64,000 bases of DNA from positions 4,234 through 68,233 of the forward strand of contig CASFOW010000045.1 in assembly GCA_949296705.1 (NCBI GenBank), in the 5' to 3' direction. Source of the stretch: an uncultured bacterium. Its GTDB lineage: Bacteria; Bacillota_I; Bacilli_A; RF39; UBA660. Shown piece after piece: positions 39,712-49,218 of the stretch. Within the stretch, counting starts at the first letter, position 1. Every line of letters begins with the position of its first letter. The notes under the pieces were generated by a model that had not been told where the DNA came from, did not search any database, and saw only the letters and a list, made by a program, of their open reading frames with translations. Made by a program: the position numbers and the translations under genes.

Positions 39712-39957
39712 CTATCGTGTGTGGATTGATTCTTCAGTAGCAATATCTGTAAGAAGGGCTTTTCCTCGATTATCTGGCATAGTATATCGTTGATTTAAGT
39801 AACGTAAGGCCGCAGCCATTTCTCCATTAGAACCCCCATATTGTGTAATTAGATATTTTGCCATACGTAAGTCTTTTTTCTTAATAGAAATTGGATATTG
39901 TAATCTTTTTTCATATTTCCACATATTAATTTTCCTCCATTTCCCAAGGCCATGCAT
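39712..39957 (-). CDS. cotJC: manganese catalase (CotJC family), N-terminal fragment, truncated by the prophage at attR
   Basis: MHGLGKWRKINMWKYEKRLQYPISIKKKDLRMAKYLITQYGGSNGEMAAALRYLNQRYTMPDNRGKALLTDIATEE matches the CotJC N-terminus. The last 5 codons and the stop are phage-derived. Confidence 0.7.
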   Translation of the reverse strand: MHGLGKWRKINMWKYEKRLQYPISIKKKDLRMAKYLITQYGGSNGEMAAALRYLNQRYTMPDNRGKALLTDIATEESIHTR

Positions 39958-40375
39958 AAGCTTCCCAACTGAATTGATCGTGATTAGATAAAGCGTTAAC
40001 AGTTAGCGGTCCATATTTTTTTTCATAAGCTCTTGTTGCTTCATTGGCCATTTGTTGATAACGATTAAATAAAGCTATCATCTGCGCGTCGTTAGGATAA
40101 ACATCTAAATATAGATTAATTTCATGAGCCGCAAACGATAATTGATCCACATTTAGTAAAAGTTCTGCCTGTTCATTATTTGGTACTAATTTAGTAGGTC
40201 TATAATTTTGATATTGGCGATAAAGACGATCAAATAAATTACCGCGTATAAATCCTTCATATGGTTCTTTTAGGGGCTGATTAAGGCTTGGTGTAGAATT
40301 AGGATTTAGAAATGTTTGTTTAAAAATATCCATTTGTGAACGATCATATTGATCAAAACTAAAATTATTATTCAT
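39926..40375 (-). CDS. cotJB: CotJB-like spore coat protein (start may be internal)
   Basis: C-terminal ~80 aa: NLYLDVYPNDAQMIALFNRYQQ...YGPLTVN...WEAYAWPWE follows the CotJB pattern. Overlaps the cotJC start. Confidence 0.6.
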   Translation of the reverse strand: MNNNFSFDQYDRSQMDIFKQTFLNPNSTPSLNQPLKEPYEGFIRGNLFDRLYRQYQNYRPTKLVPNNEQAELLLNVDQLSFAAHEINLYLDVYPNDAQMIALFNRYQQMANEATRAYEKKYGPLTVNALSNHDQFSWEAYAWPWEMEEN

Positions 40376-40527
40376 TAAAATCTCTCCTCTAGTTTAATGT
40401 ATGACAAACATAAGAATGAGTCTGGGCGCTTAGTCATTATAGTTATAAATTTATTTTTTTAAATTGGGTGTTCATCCATTCTTTTTTGAGGTTAGTTAAT
40501 ATAATATAATGAAAGGAGTGTAAAAAT

Positions 40528-40683
40528 ATGATGTATGGCTGTGGATGCCCAACTTATAGTTATCCTGGATATGGATATAATGATGGTGGCAGTAATTGGT
40601 TATGGATTATTATAATCGTATTTGTTATTTTCTTCTTATTTTGTGGTTCAGGCTTTGACCGTGGAAGAAATAACTGTTGCTAA
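40528..40683 (+). CDS. YjcZ-like tiny sporulation protein (51 aa), absent from the ORF track
   Basis: MMYGCGCPTYSYPGYGYNDGGSNWLWIIIIVFVIFFLFCGSGF.. has a Gly/Tyr/Cys-rich N-terminus plus a hydrophobic tail typical of the Bacillus tiny-TM YjcZ family. RBS AAAGGAGTG. Confidence 0.5.
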   Translation: MMYGCGCPTYSYPGYGYNDGGSNWLWIIIIVFVIFFLFCGSGFDRGRNNCC

Positions 40684-40918
40684 AAAACTTTTAAACTGAA
40701 TAAAGTTGTATAGCTTATTAATTGTTTTTTGGGGGATTGTTATCTATATTGAACGGGATGATAATCCCTTTCTTTTGATTTTTGTTGATGAGATAAAAGT
40801 TAGTTTTTCCTTTATTCTATTATATTTTTATCATTAAAATAGGGGATGTAAAAAATTTCCGTAATAAATTGAAAAACATAGTGTTCTTTGTTATAATGAA
40901 AGTATCTGCAAAGGAGAA

Positions 40919-42031
40919 ATGGAAATGAAGGAATTAATCAATAGTATTGGTAAAAAGAAATTGATCATGATTTTTGGTGGCATTGTTGGTGTGGTTGTCT
41001 TGATCATTGTTTGTTTATTACTATATAATGCTTTTTTTGTAAGCAATACTTATTCTTCAGTAGAGAGTAAAATTGTTAATGCAGCAAAGGAGTATTATGG
41101 TAAGCATCAAAATTTATTACCAAAGAGTCCTAATGATGAAGTTAGTGTAAACAGTACTACTTTAACTTCTAGTGGTTATTTAGGTGATTTGCAAGAAATG
41201 GTTCCGGATGAGGGAGTATCTTGTACCGCAACTGTAACTGTTACTAATGTGAATAATAATTACCGTTATGTTGCTAATTTAAAGTGTGGAGATAAATATC
41301 AAACAGAAACATTTGTAAATCATGTAAAGAGTGTAGAGCAGACTGTTGTGACGGGACAAGGATTATATGATATGAATGGGGAACTTGTTTATCGCGGAGA
41401 AAATCCTAATAATTATATTAAATTTGCTGATAGATTATGGCGAATTGTTAAGTTTGAAAATGATAGTGCAATGTTGATCTTGGATGATAAGTATGCCCGT
41501 TCTGTTTGGGATGATCGCTTTAATGCTGATCGTAATCGCAATGATGGTATTAATGATTATAGTGTCAGTCGAGCTAATGATGCTCTTACGAATTTATATA
41601 ATGGCGAAGATTTATTTAGTGCAAGTGATAAATTATTGATTGTTGCCCATGATTTAGCTATTGGAAAAAGAGGAGAGACGATTCAATATAATGATGGTTC
41701 TGTTGAAAAATCACAAGTATTGGAAGATAGATATATTGGCTTGTTACCATTATATGATTATATTAATGTAAGTTTAGATGAAAATTGTAGCTCAGCATCA
41801 ACTCAATCTTGTTCAAATTATAATTATTTGAACTTGTTAGAGTCTAGTTGGTGGCTATCAACTGGTGATAGTGATACAACTTATAGAGTATACCGTATTG
41901 ATTCTAGCGGAATTATTGGACTTACTAGAGCATCTACTAATTCTTATTTAAGACCGGTTATTTATTTGGCTAAGGATGCAATTTATGTCAGCGGAGATGG
42001 AACTTTTGATAATCCTTATCAAGTAAAATAA
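40919..42031 (+). CDS. membrane-anchored extracytoplasmic protein (hypothetical)
   Basis: N-terminal TM segment LIMIFGGIVGVVVLIIVCLLLY. RBS AAAGGAGAAAT. Confidence 0.5.
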   Translation: MEMKELINSIGKKKLIMIFGGIVGVVVLIIVCLLLYNAFFVSNTYSSVESKIVNAAKEYYGKHQNLLPKSPNDEVSVNSTTLTSSGYLGDLQEMVPDEGVSCTATVTVTNVNNNYRYVANLKCGDKYQTETFVNHVKSVEQTVVTGQGLYDMNGELVYRGENPNNYIKFADRLWRIVKFENDSAMLILDDKYARSVWDDRFNADRNRNDGINDYSVSRANDALTNLYNGEDLFSASDKLLIVAHDLAIGKRGETIQYNDGSVEKSQVLEDRYIGLLPLYDYINVSLDENCSSASTQSCSNYNYLNLLESSWWLSTGDSDTTYRVYRIDSSGIIGLTRASTNSYLRPVIYLAKDAIYVSGDGTFDNPYQVK

Positions 42032-42208
42032 AATTAAGCGGATGAAAAGAACTAAGGACTTGTTCTTTAGTCCGCTTTGTTATTGATAATAAAAATAAAT
42101 GGATGTTATTTGGGAATTGTTTTCTGTTTTTTCGAAAAAATTATGATAAAAAGTCAAAAAGAACTTGCCAAACACTATATTTGTTGATAAAATAGGTAAT
42201 GTATTTAT

Positions 42209-42285
42209 GGCGAATATGGTGAAGTGGTTAACACGCCAGATTGTGGCTCTGGTATGCGTGGGTTCGATCCCCACTATTCGCCCCA
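42209..42285 (+). tRNA. tRNA-His (anticodon GTG) with an encoded G(-1) and CCA
   Basis: Cloverleaf: acceptor GCGAATA/TATTCGC with G(-1):C73. Anticodon stem CCAGA/TCTGG, loop TTGTGGC. T-arm GTGGG-TTCGATC-CCCAC. 3' CCA. Confidence 0.8.
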
Positions 42286-42385
42286 GAGTGGAAAAAAGTC
42301 GGAAGACTTATTGATAGAAATCGATTCTTATGAGTCGATTTTTTGTGTTTATTTTTGCTATGATAGTAAAAAATGGAGAGGTAGT

Positions 42386-43222
42386 ATGAAAGAAAAAGAT
42401 TTAGACTCTAGTATGAATCCCTATCAAGAAAAACAAATACCTAAAGGATATATAAAACAATTACAATGGGATATGGCGATAGGATTACAACAAGTAGATA
42501 ATTTAAAACCATCTAAATATCTTGAGCAGATTAGTGAGAAAAATATTTTAGGTGAATTAACAATCAAAGAGGTAGAGCAAAGTTTAAGAGAATATTACAC
42601 CACAAAAGAAAAACAAAATAGTATTAATCATAAGGAATTAGAATGTGACTTTGTATCTATGAGAATCGTTGAATTATTAGATCAAGATAATTTTGAATTA
42701 TCAGTAGATTATCTAAAATATATTCATAAATATTTATTTCAAGATGTTTATGAATTTGCGGGAGAATTTAGAAAAATAGATTTTTCTAAACATGAAAAAA
42801 TATTAAATAATGATTCAGTAGCTTATGGAGACTCTAAAACATTAATAGAATCATTAGAATATGATATTAGTCTAGAAAAAGAGAAAAATTATAAAGATAT
42901 GTCCATTGTAGAAGTGATTAAAAATATTACTGATTTTACATCTAGTATATGGCAAGTACACCCTTTTAGAGAAGGTAACACAAGAACAACAGCAGTATTC
43001 ATAGAAAAATATTTAATTAGTCTAGGATACACTGTAGATAATTCATTATTTAAAGATAAATCAGTATATTTTAGAAATGCATTAGTGAGAAGTAATTATT
43101 TCAATAACTATTTAAATATCAAAGAAGATAAAACATATTTAATTAAATTTTATGAAAATTTGTTATTAGGTAAAAATAATAATTTACATTCAGAAGATTT
43201 AATTGTGAAAGAATTGTTTTAA
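42386..43222 (+). CDS. Fic/DOC-family protein (AMPylation or related nucleotidyl transfer)
   Basis: Fic motif HPFREGNTRT. Start set to ATG 42386 (RBS GGAGAGG), because the track ORF 42224.. runs through the tRNA. Confidence 0.8.
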   Translation: MKEKDLDSSMNPYQEKQIPKGYIKQLQWDMAIGLQQVDNLKPSKYLEQISEKNILGELTIKEVEQSLREYYTTKEKQNSINHKELECDFVSMRIVELLDQDNFELSVDYLKYIHKYLFQDVYEFAGEFRKIDFSKHEKILNNDSVAYGDSKTLIESLEYDISLEKEKNYKDMSIVEVIKNITDFTSSIWQVHPFREGNTRTTAVFIEKYLISLGYTVDNSLFKDKSVYFRNALVRSNYFNNYLNIKEDKTYLIKFYENLLLGKNNNLHSEDLIVKELF

Positions 43223-43238
43223 ACGAGGAGGTAACCAG

Positions 43239-46200
43239 GTGACAATAAGTGAACTGTTAGAAGAATTTAGAAAAATATTTGGTAATGAAAGAGATAAGGG
43301 AACTGCATTTGAAAAATTAATTAAAATGTATTTAGAAAATGAGCCAAAATATATGGCCATATTATCTAATGTTTGGATGTGGAAGGATTTTCCATATAGA
43401 GAAAACGTTGGAGATACAGGTATAGATTTGGTGGCAAAAACTTATGATGGGGATTTTTGGGCAATTCAATGTAAATTTTATGCAGAAAAGCACGAAATAA
43501 CAAAAGGTGATGTTGATACGTTTCTTGCTACATCTTCAAAATACTTTTATATAGATGATAAGAAAATAAATTTTAAATATAGACTAATTGCATCAACCAC
43601 GGATCATTATAATCATATTGCAGAATCCACATTAGAAAATCAAAATCCTCTTGTAGGAAGAATAGGGTTAAATGATTTATTAGAATCGCAAATTGATTGG
43701 AAAAAGTATTCGCTGATAGCACAAAAAGTAGAAATGTTACAAAAGAAAAAACCAAGAGATTATCAAAAAGTAGCTATAAAAAAAGTAATAGAAGGATTTA
43801 GGAGTCATGACCGTGGTAAATTAATAATGGCTTGTGGTACCGGAAAGACATACACTAGTTTAAAAATTGCCGAAAAACAATTAAATGGAAAAGGAAACAT
43901 ACTTTTTTTAGTACCATCAATTGCATTAGCTAGTCAAACATTATCAGAATGGACAGCGCAGTGTGAATACACATTTAACGCTTGTGTAGTTTGTAGTGAT
44001 AATAAAGCATCAAAAGGAGATAATTCAACGGATTTAGGAATTCCTTCTACGACAAACGTAGATAGATTGATAGAATGGTACATTGATTCTAAAAAACTAA
44101 ATAGAGATATGAATTTTATTTTTTCCACATATCAATCTATTGATGTTGTTTCAGAGTTTTCTAAAAAAATGGATATTAATTTTGACTTAATCATTTGTGA
44201 CGAAGCACATAGAACAACAGGAGTTACATTAAGCGATGAAGATGAAAGCTCATTTGTTAAAGTTCACGATAATGCTTTTATTAAAGGAAAAAAAAGATTA
44301 TACATGACTGCAACTCCAAAGATTTATGGCGATGGAGCTAAGGGAAGAGCTAATGAAGTAAATGCAGAGTTATGTTCTATGGATGATGAAAGTATATATG
44401 GTCCAGAATTTCATAAGTTATCTTTTAGTGAAGCAGTTAAACAAGGATTATTAACTGATTATAAAGTGTTGGTATTAGCAGTAGATGAAGAATATGTAAA
44501 AATCGAATTGCAAGATTTATTAAAAGATGAAAATCATGAATTAAAATTAGATGATTCAGTAAAAATAATGGGTTGTTGGAACGGATTATCTAAAATTTCA
44601 ACATGGGATGAAAAAGAAAATTTCTTATCTGATCCTACACCAATGAAAAGGGCAGTTGCATTTTGCAATAGAATAATTGATTCGAAAAAGTTAGTAGAAA
44701 TGTTTAATCTAATTCAGGAACACGTACGCAGTGAATATAGACCTGATAAAGAAAAATTAGTAAAAGTAGATATTAAACATGTAGATGGCTCTTTTAATGC
44801 ATTAGAAAAAAAAGAAAGAATAAACTGGTTAAAAGATGATATTAAAGATGGTGAATGTAGAATACTTACCAATGCAAGATGTTTATCAGAAGGTGTTGAT
44901 GTTCCTGCATTAGATGCGGTAATGTTTCTTAATCCTAGAAGTAGTATGATAGATATTATTCAATCAGTTGGAAGAGTAATGAGAAAAGCAGAAGGGAAAA
45001 AATATGGATATGTAATACTTCCAATTGGTGTTTCAGCATCAGAAGATCCAGATGAGGCATTGAATAATAATGAAAAATACAAACTTGTTTGGGAGGTTTT
45101 GCAAGCTTTAAGAGCTCACGATGATCGCTTTAATAATACAATTAATAAAATAGATTTAAATAAGAAAAAGCCAGATCAAATAGAAGTTATTGGAATAGGT
45201 ACAACAAAAGCAGAAGAAAGAGATAATGGAATGAAGACCGTTAAAGTACAAGATGATATAAAACAAAAAGTACAATTGACTCTTGATTTAAAAACATTTG
45301 ATGAATGGAAAGATTCAATTTATGCTAAGATGGTTAAAAGAGTTGGTTCTAGAATATATTGGGAAATGTGGGCTAAAGATGTAGCAGACATTGCAACGTC
45401 TCATATGAAAAAAATCAAAGAGCTATTAACTACTAATAATCCGAAAATAAAAAAAGCTATTACAGATTTTATCGAAGGATTACATCAAAATTTAAATAAT
45501 TCAATAACAGAAGATGATGCAATAGAAATGCTAGCAGAACACATGATTACTAAACCAGTTTTTAATGCATTATTTGATAAATATGAGTTTGTAAATAACA
45601 ATCCGGTTTCTCAAACAATGCAGAAAATGATAGATATTTTAGACAAACAATTTACAGAAGAAGAAAGAAAAAAATTAGATGAATTTTACGAAAGTATAAA
45701 GGAAAGAGCACAAGGAATTGACAACGCAGCAGGTAAGCAAAAAATAATTCTTGAATTATATGAAAAGTTTTTTAAAACGGCATTACCAAAAGAAGTTGAA
45801 AAATTAGGGATAGTATATACTCCAACAGAATGCGTTGATTTTATAATCAATAGTGTAGAATATTTGATGAAAAAAGAGTTTGGTAAGAGTTTATCAGATC
45901 ATAGAGTACACATAATAGATGGTTTTACAGGAACGGGAACTTTCATAGTTAGATTGTTGCAGAGTGGGATTATTAAACCACAAGATTTATTGTATAAATA
46001 TACCAATGATATTCATGCCAATGAAATAGTATTATTAGCATATTATATTGCAGCTATTAATATTGAAGAAACATTTCATGAATTAAGTAAAAGTCAAGAA
46101 TATATTCCATTTGACGGTATTGTATTAACGGATACTTTTCAACTATATGAGGACAGCAACGAGCATGAATGGACAAAAAATGTAAATGAATTGGCTTTAC

Positions 46201-48011
46201 CACAAAATAGTGAAAGAGCACTAAAACAAAGAGAACTACCAATAACTGTTTGTATTGGGAATCCACCATATAATAATAAACAAAAAGATGCGAATGGGCA
46301 ATCACAAAATTTACATTATCCAAATTTAGAGAAAAGAATTGCCGAGACATATATGGCAGGAACTAATTCTCAAAATAAAAATTCACTATATGATTCGTAC
46401 ATTAAAGCATTTAGATGGGCTTCAGATAGATTACAAAAATCAAATGGGATAATTGCATTTATTACCAATAATAGTTGGCTGGACGGCAATGCATTTACAG
46501 GCTTTCGCAAATCGATTCATGATGAATTTAATTCTATTTATGTAGTTAATCTTCGGGGATCAATAAGAGGAAGATCAAAAGAAGATGTTGAAAAAGAAGG
46601 GCAAAATATTTTTAATATTATGACAGGTGTTGCAGTATGTTTCTTAGTAAAAAATGCATCGTCAAAAGAAAAAAATATATATTATTATGCCATGGAAGAC
46701 TATTTGACAAAGAACAAAAAACTTGAATTATTAAACAATAATTATATTGCAAATATTACATTTAAAAAAATAATACCAGATGAATATAATGACTGGATAA
46801 ATAAGAGAAATACTAACTTTAACAAATTCACTTTAATTGGAGATAAAAATAATAAATCTAGAGCTACTGTGTTTAAGAGTGTTTATTCAAATGGATTGAA
46901 GACACAGCGCGATTGTTGGTGCTATAATAGTAATTTAGAAAAACTGAAACTAAATATTGAGAAAACAATATGCTATTATAATAATCAGATAGATTGTAAC
47001 AAAAATTCTCATGACACTTCAATAATAGATACAAAAAAATTCAGTTGGACGAGCAATACTTTTAGAGATTTAGATAAAAAAGTTAAATATAATATAAACG
47101 ATGTTGAGTATCGTGATGTTCTTTATAGACCATTTTTCAAGCAGCATGTAGCTTTTTATAAACCATTAAACGAAAGACAATATAAAATTCCGGGATTGTT
47201 TCCTAAAAAGAATATAAATAATATGTTAATTTGTATTCATGGAATAAGTAGTAAAAAAGATTTTTCTGCATTAATCACAAATATTATTCCTGATTTGAAT
47301 CTAATGGATGGTGGAGCTCAATCATTTCCAATCTACTATTATGAAAACGATAGTACAACTTTATTTTCACAAATTGAAGATGGATATGCAAAACATAGTG
47401 CCATTAATAAATCATTCATAAATAAAATAAATAAAATATACAATGCAAGTATAAATGAAGAAGAACTTTTCTATTTCATTTATGGATTATTTCATTCAAA
47501 AGACTATATTATTAAATTTGGTATAAATTTAAAAAAATCTTTACCAAGAATTCCTATAATTAGTAAATATGAAGATTTTGTTGCCATAAGCAAAGCCGGA
47601 GAAAAGTTAGCTAATTTACATTTAAATTATGAACAAATAAAGCCATATTCTAGATGTAAAATATTTATGTATCCAGGTGCAGATTATAAGGTAACAAAAA
47701 TGAAATTTGGGAAAAGTAAAAATAATAATAAGGATAAAACTATTATCGAGTATAATGACAAAATAACAATTTCTAATATACCAGCAAAAGCATATGAATA
47801 TATAGTTAATGGAAAATCAGCTATTGAATGGATTATGGAGAGATATGCAGTTACAGTAGATAATAAAAGTGGAATTGAGAACGACCCAAATGATTGGTGC
47901 AAAGAAGTAAATGATGAAAAATATATCTTTAATTTATTATTAAGAATTATTAATGTTTCTATTCAAACGGTAGATATTGTTAATTCATTGCCAAAAATAG
48001 ATTTTGATTAA
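43239..48011 (+). CDS. Type ISP restriction-modification enzyme (single polypeptide: Mrr-like nuclease, SF2 DEAH helicase-like ATPase, gamma-class N6-adenine methyltransferase, TRD), LlaGI-like
   Basis: N-terminal Mrr-like GIDLVAKTYDGDFWAIQCKFY. Helicase motif I ACGTGKT, motif II ICDEAHR, motif VI QSVGRVMR. MTase motif I IIDGFTGTGTF, motif IV CIGNPPY. 1590 aa. GTG start with RBS AGGAGG. Confidence 0.8.
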   Translation: MTISELLEEFRKIFGNERDKGTAFEKLIKMYLENEPKYMAILSNVWMWKDFPYRENVGDTGIDLVAKTYDGDFWAIQCKFYAEKHEITKGDVDTFLATSSKYFYIDDKKINFKYRLIASTTDHYNHIAESTLENQNPLVGRIGLNDLLESQIDWKKYSLIAQKVEMLQKKKPRDYQKVAIKKVIEGFRSHDRGKLIMACGTGKTYTSLKIAEKQLNGKGNILFLVPSIALASQTLSEWTAQCEYTFNACVVCSDNKASKGDNSTDLGIPSTTNVDRLIEWYIDSKKLNRDMNFIFSTYQSIDVVSEFSKKMDINFDLIICDEAHRTTGVTLSDEDESSFVKVHDNAFIKGKKRLYMTATPKIYGDGAKGRANEVNAELCSMDDESIYGPEFHKLSFSEAVKQGLLTDYKVLVLAVDEEYVKIELQDLLKDENHELKLDDSVKIMGCWNGLSKISTWDEKENFLSDPTPMKRAVAFCNRIIDSKKLVEMFNLIQEHVRSEYRPDKEKLVKVDIKHVDGSFNALEKKERINWLKDDIKDGECRILTNARCLSEGVDVPALDAVMFLNPRSSMIDIIQSVGRVMRKAEGKKYGYVILPIGVSASEDPDEALNNNEKYKLVWEVLQALRAHDDRFNNTINKIDLNKKKPDQIEVIGIGTTKAEERDNGMKTVKVQDDIKQKVQLTLDLKTFDEWKDSIYAKMVKRVGSRIYWEMWAKDVADIATSHMKKIKELLTTNNPKIKKAITDFIEGLHQNLNNSITEDDAIEMLAEHMITKPVFNALFDKYEFVNNNPVSQTMQKMIDILDKQFTEEERKKLDEFYESIKERAQGIDNAAGKQKIILELYEKFFKTALPKEVEKLGIVYTPTECVDFIINSVEYLMKKEFGKSLSDHRVHIIDGFTGTGTFIVRLLQSGIIKPQDLLYKYTNDIHANEIVLLAYYIAAINIEETFHELSKSQEYIPFDGIVLTDTFQLYEDSNEHEWTKNVNELALPQNSERALKQRELPITVCIGNPPYNNKQKDANGQSQNLHYPNLEKRIAETYMAGTNSQNKNSLYDSYIKAFRWASDRLQKSNGIIAFITNNSWLDGNAFTGFRKSIHDEFNSIYVVNLRGSIRGRSKEDVEKEGQNIFNIMTGVAVCFLVKNASSKEKNIYYYAMEDYLTKNKKLELLNNNYIANITFKKIIPDEYNDWINKRNTNFNKFTLIGDKNNKSRATVFKSVYSNGLKTQRDCWCYNSNLEKLKLNIEKTICYYNNQIDCNKNSHDTSIIDTKKFSWTSNTFRDLDKKVKYNINDVEYRDVLYRPFFKQHVAFYKPLNERQYKIPGLFPKKNINNMLICIHGISSKKDFSALITNIIPDLNLMDGGAQSFPIYYYENDSTTLFSQIEDGYAKHSAINKSFINKINKIYNASINEEELFYFIYGLFHSKDYIIKFGINLKKSLPRIPIISKYEDFVAISKAGEKLANLHLNYEQIKPYSRCKIFMYPGADYKVTKMKFGKSKNNNKDKTIIEYNDKITISNIPAKAYEYIVNGKSAIEWIMERYAVTVDNKSGIENDPNDWCKEVNDEKYIFNLLLRIINVSIQTVDIVNSLPKIDFD

Positions 48012-48026
48012 GAAAGGAGACCGTTG

Positions 48027-49217
48027 ATGAGTAAAAATACAAAAGATTTTTTCAAAAAGAAAAAAGGATGGTCAAAAGTAAAAGATGAAATACTTGCTTG
48101 CTATTTAAAGCCTTATTTTACCAAGATTCAATATACAAAAAAGAAAATTATTTATATTGATGGATTTGCAGGGGTAGGAATCTTTGAAGATGGGACATTA
48201 GGTTCTCCTTTAATAGCATATAATATTGCCAAAGAAGTAGGTACTGAATTAAATATAGAACTGATATTTATTGAGCAAAAATTTTCTAATGAATTATCTA
48301 ATAATGTTAAAAATTATAATAATTGCTGTGTTATTTCTGGAAACTATGAAGATAATATTGTAGATTTGATAAACAAAAATGAGGGAAATAATATTTTTGT
48401 TTATGTCGATCCTTTTGGAATTAAAAATATTAATTTTTCGTATTTTGAAAAATTAAATTCAAGTTCTTTGAATTCTGCAGAATTTTTGATGAATTTAAAT
48501 AGTTTTGGTTTTATTAGAGAAGGATGTCGTTTACTAAAAGCTGATTTACATGATGTACAGGTGGATGAAGAATTTGAAGAGTTTATGGATGAAAACCAAG
48601 AGTTTAAAAAGACTAATACTATTGAACATATGAATTCAATAGCTGGTGGAGATTATTGGCAAGAAATAATACAAGAACATCGTGATGGAAAAATAAATGG
48701 ATATGAAGCAGAAAAAAGATTTGTGGAATTATATTGTACAAAGATGAAAGAATTTGGAAAATTTAAATATGTAATTAATATCCCCATAAGAACAAAAGCA
48801 GGGAGTCCTCCTAAATATAGAATGGTATATGCGACAAATCACGCTGATGGTGTTATCTTAATGAATGATAATATGTGTAAGAGATTTGATGAGTTATTAA
48901 ATATTCAAACGGGAGGATCAGGTTCATTATTTCAAGAAAATTCTGAAAATGAAATTATTGATTTTAATAAGGTTCAATCTAATCTTTTGTCTTTATTAGA
49001 TACTAAATATATAAATTACTTTGATTTGATTGCTACATATATTGATCATTTTGAAATTATAAAAACAAAATACTTAAATGAACAACTACGCTCTTTAGAA
49101 TCAGAACGAAAAATCATCATTACAAGAATTCCACCAACTACTTCCACTGGCAAAGCCTCTAAATTTATATCCCCAGGAAAAAATCAAAAAACATTAATTA
49201 GATTGGAAGTGTCCTAG
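48027..49217 (+). CDS. TcmP-like protein (three-Cys-motif partner family, from memory); degenerate MTase-like fold
   Basis: YIDGFAGVGIF (D-x-F-A-G-x-G) and VYVDPFG (DPP[YF]-like). The adjacent downstream ORF carries a C-x3-C-x3-C motif. Confidence 0.4.
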   Translation: MSKNTKDFFKKKKGWSKVKDEILACYLKPYFTKIQYTKKKIIYIDGFAGVGIFEDGTLGSPLIAYNIAKEVGTELNIELIFIEQKFSNELSNNVKNYNNCCVISGNYEDNIVDLINKNEGNNIFVYVDPFGIKNINFSYFEKLNSSSLNSAEFLMNLNSFGFIREGCRLLKADLHDVQVDEEFEEFMDENQEFKKTNTIEHMNSIAGGDYWQEIIQEHRDGKINGYEAEKRFVELYCTKMKEFGKFKYVINIPIRTKAGSPPKYRMVYATNHADGVILMNDNMCKRFDELLNIQTGGSGSLFQENSENEIIDFNKVQSNLLSLLDTKYINYFDLIATYIDHFEIIKTKYLNEQLRSLESERKIIITRIPPTTSTGKASKFISPGKNQKTLIRLEVS

Positions 49218-49218
49218 T

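Larger units (their letters stand above)
5914..39745. mobile_element. integrated siphovirus-like prophage (~33.8 kb) bounded by attL (~5914-5937) and attR (~39722-39745), inserted within cotJC
   Basis: Split cotJC halves flank the element. A shared 6-bp core ttcttc occurs at both junctions. Phage-side arms agctcacacacgat and atcgtgtgtggattga are mutual inverted repeats, as expected for P/P' arms of a serine-integrase attP. The recombinase gene abuts attL. A complete structural and lysis gene set lies inside. Confidence 0.8.

Noticed and set aside
42224-43222. 332-aa ORF beginning at 42224
   Set aside because: Its first ~55 codons run through the tRNA-His gene. The real Fic gene starts at ATG 42386 with a proper RBS.
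43239-48011. BREX PglX methyltransferase (given BrxD/BrxHI-like genes downstream)
   Set aside because: The protein has an N-terminal Mrr nuclease and DEAH helicase ahead of the NPPY MTase, the Type ISP architecture. PglZ, BrxC/PglY, BrxA and BrxB are absent, so this is not a BREX locus.
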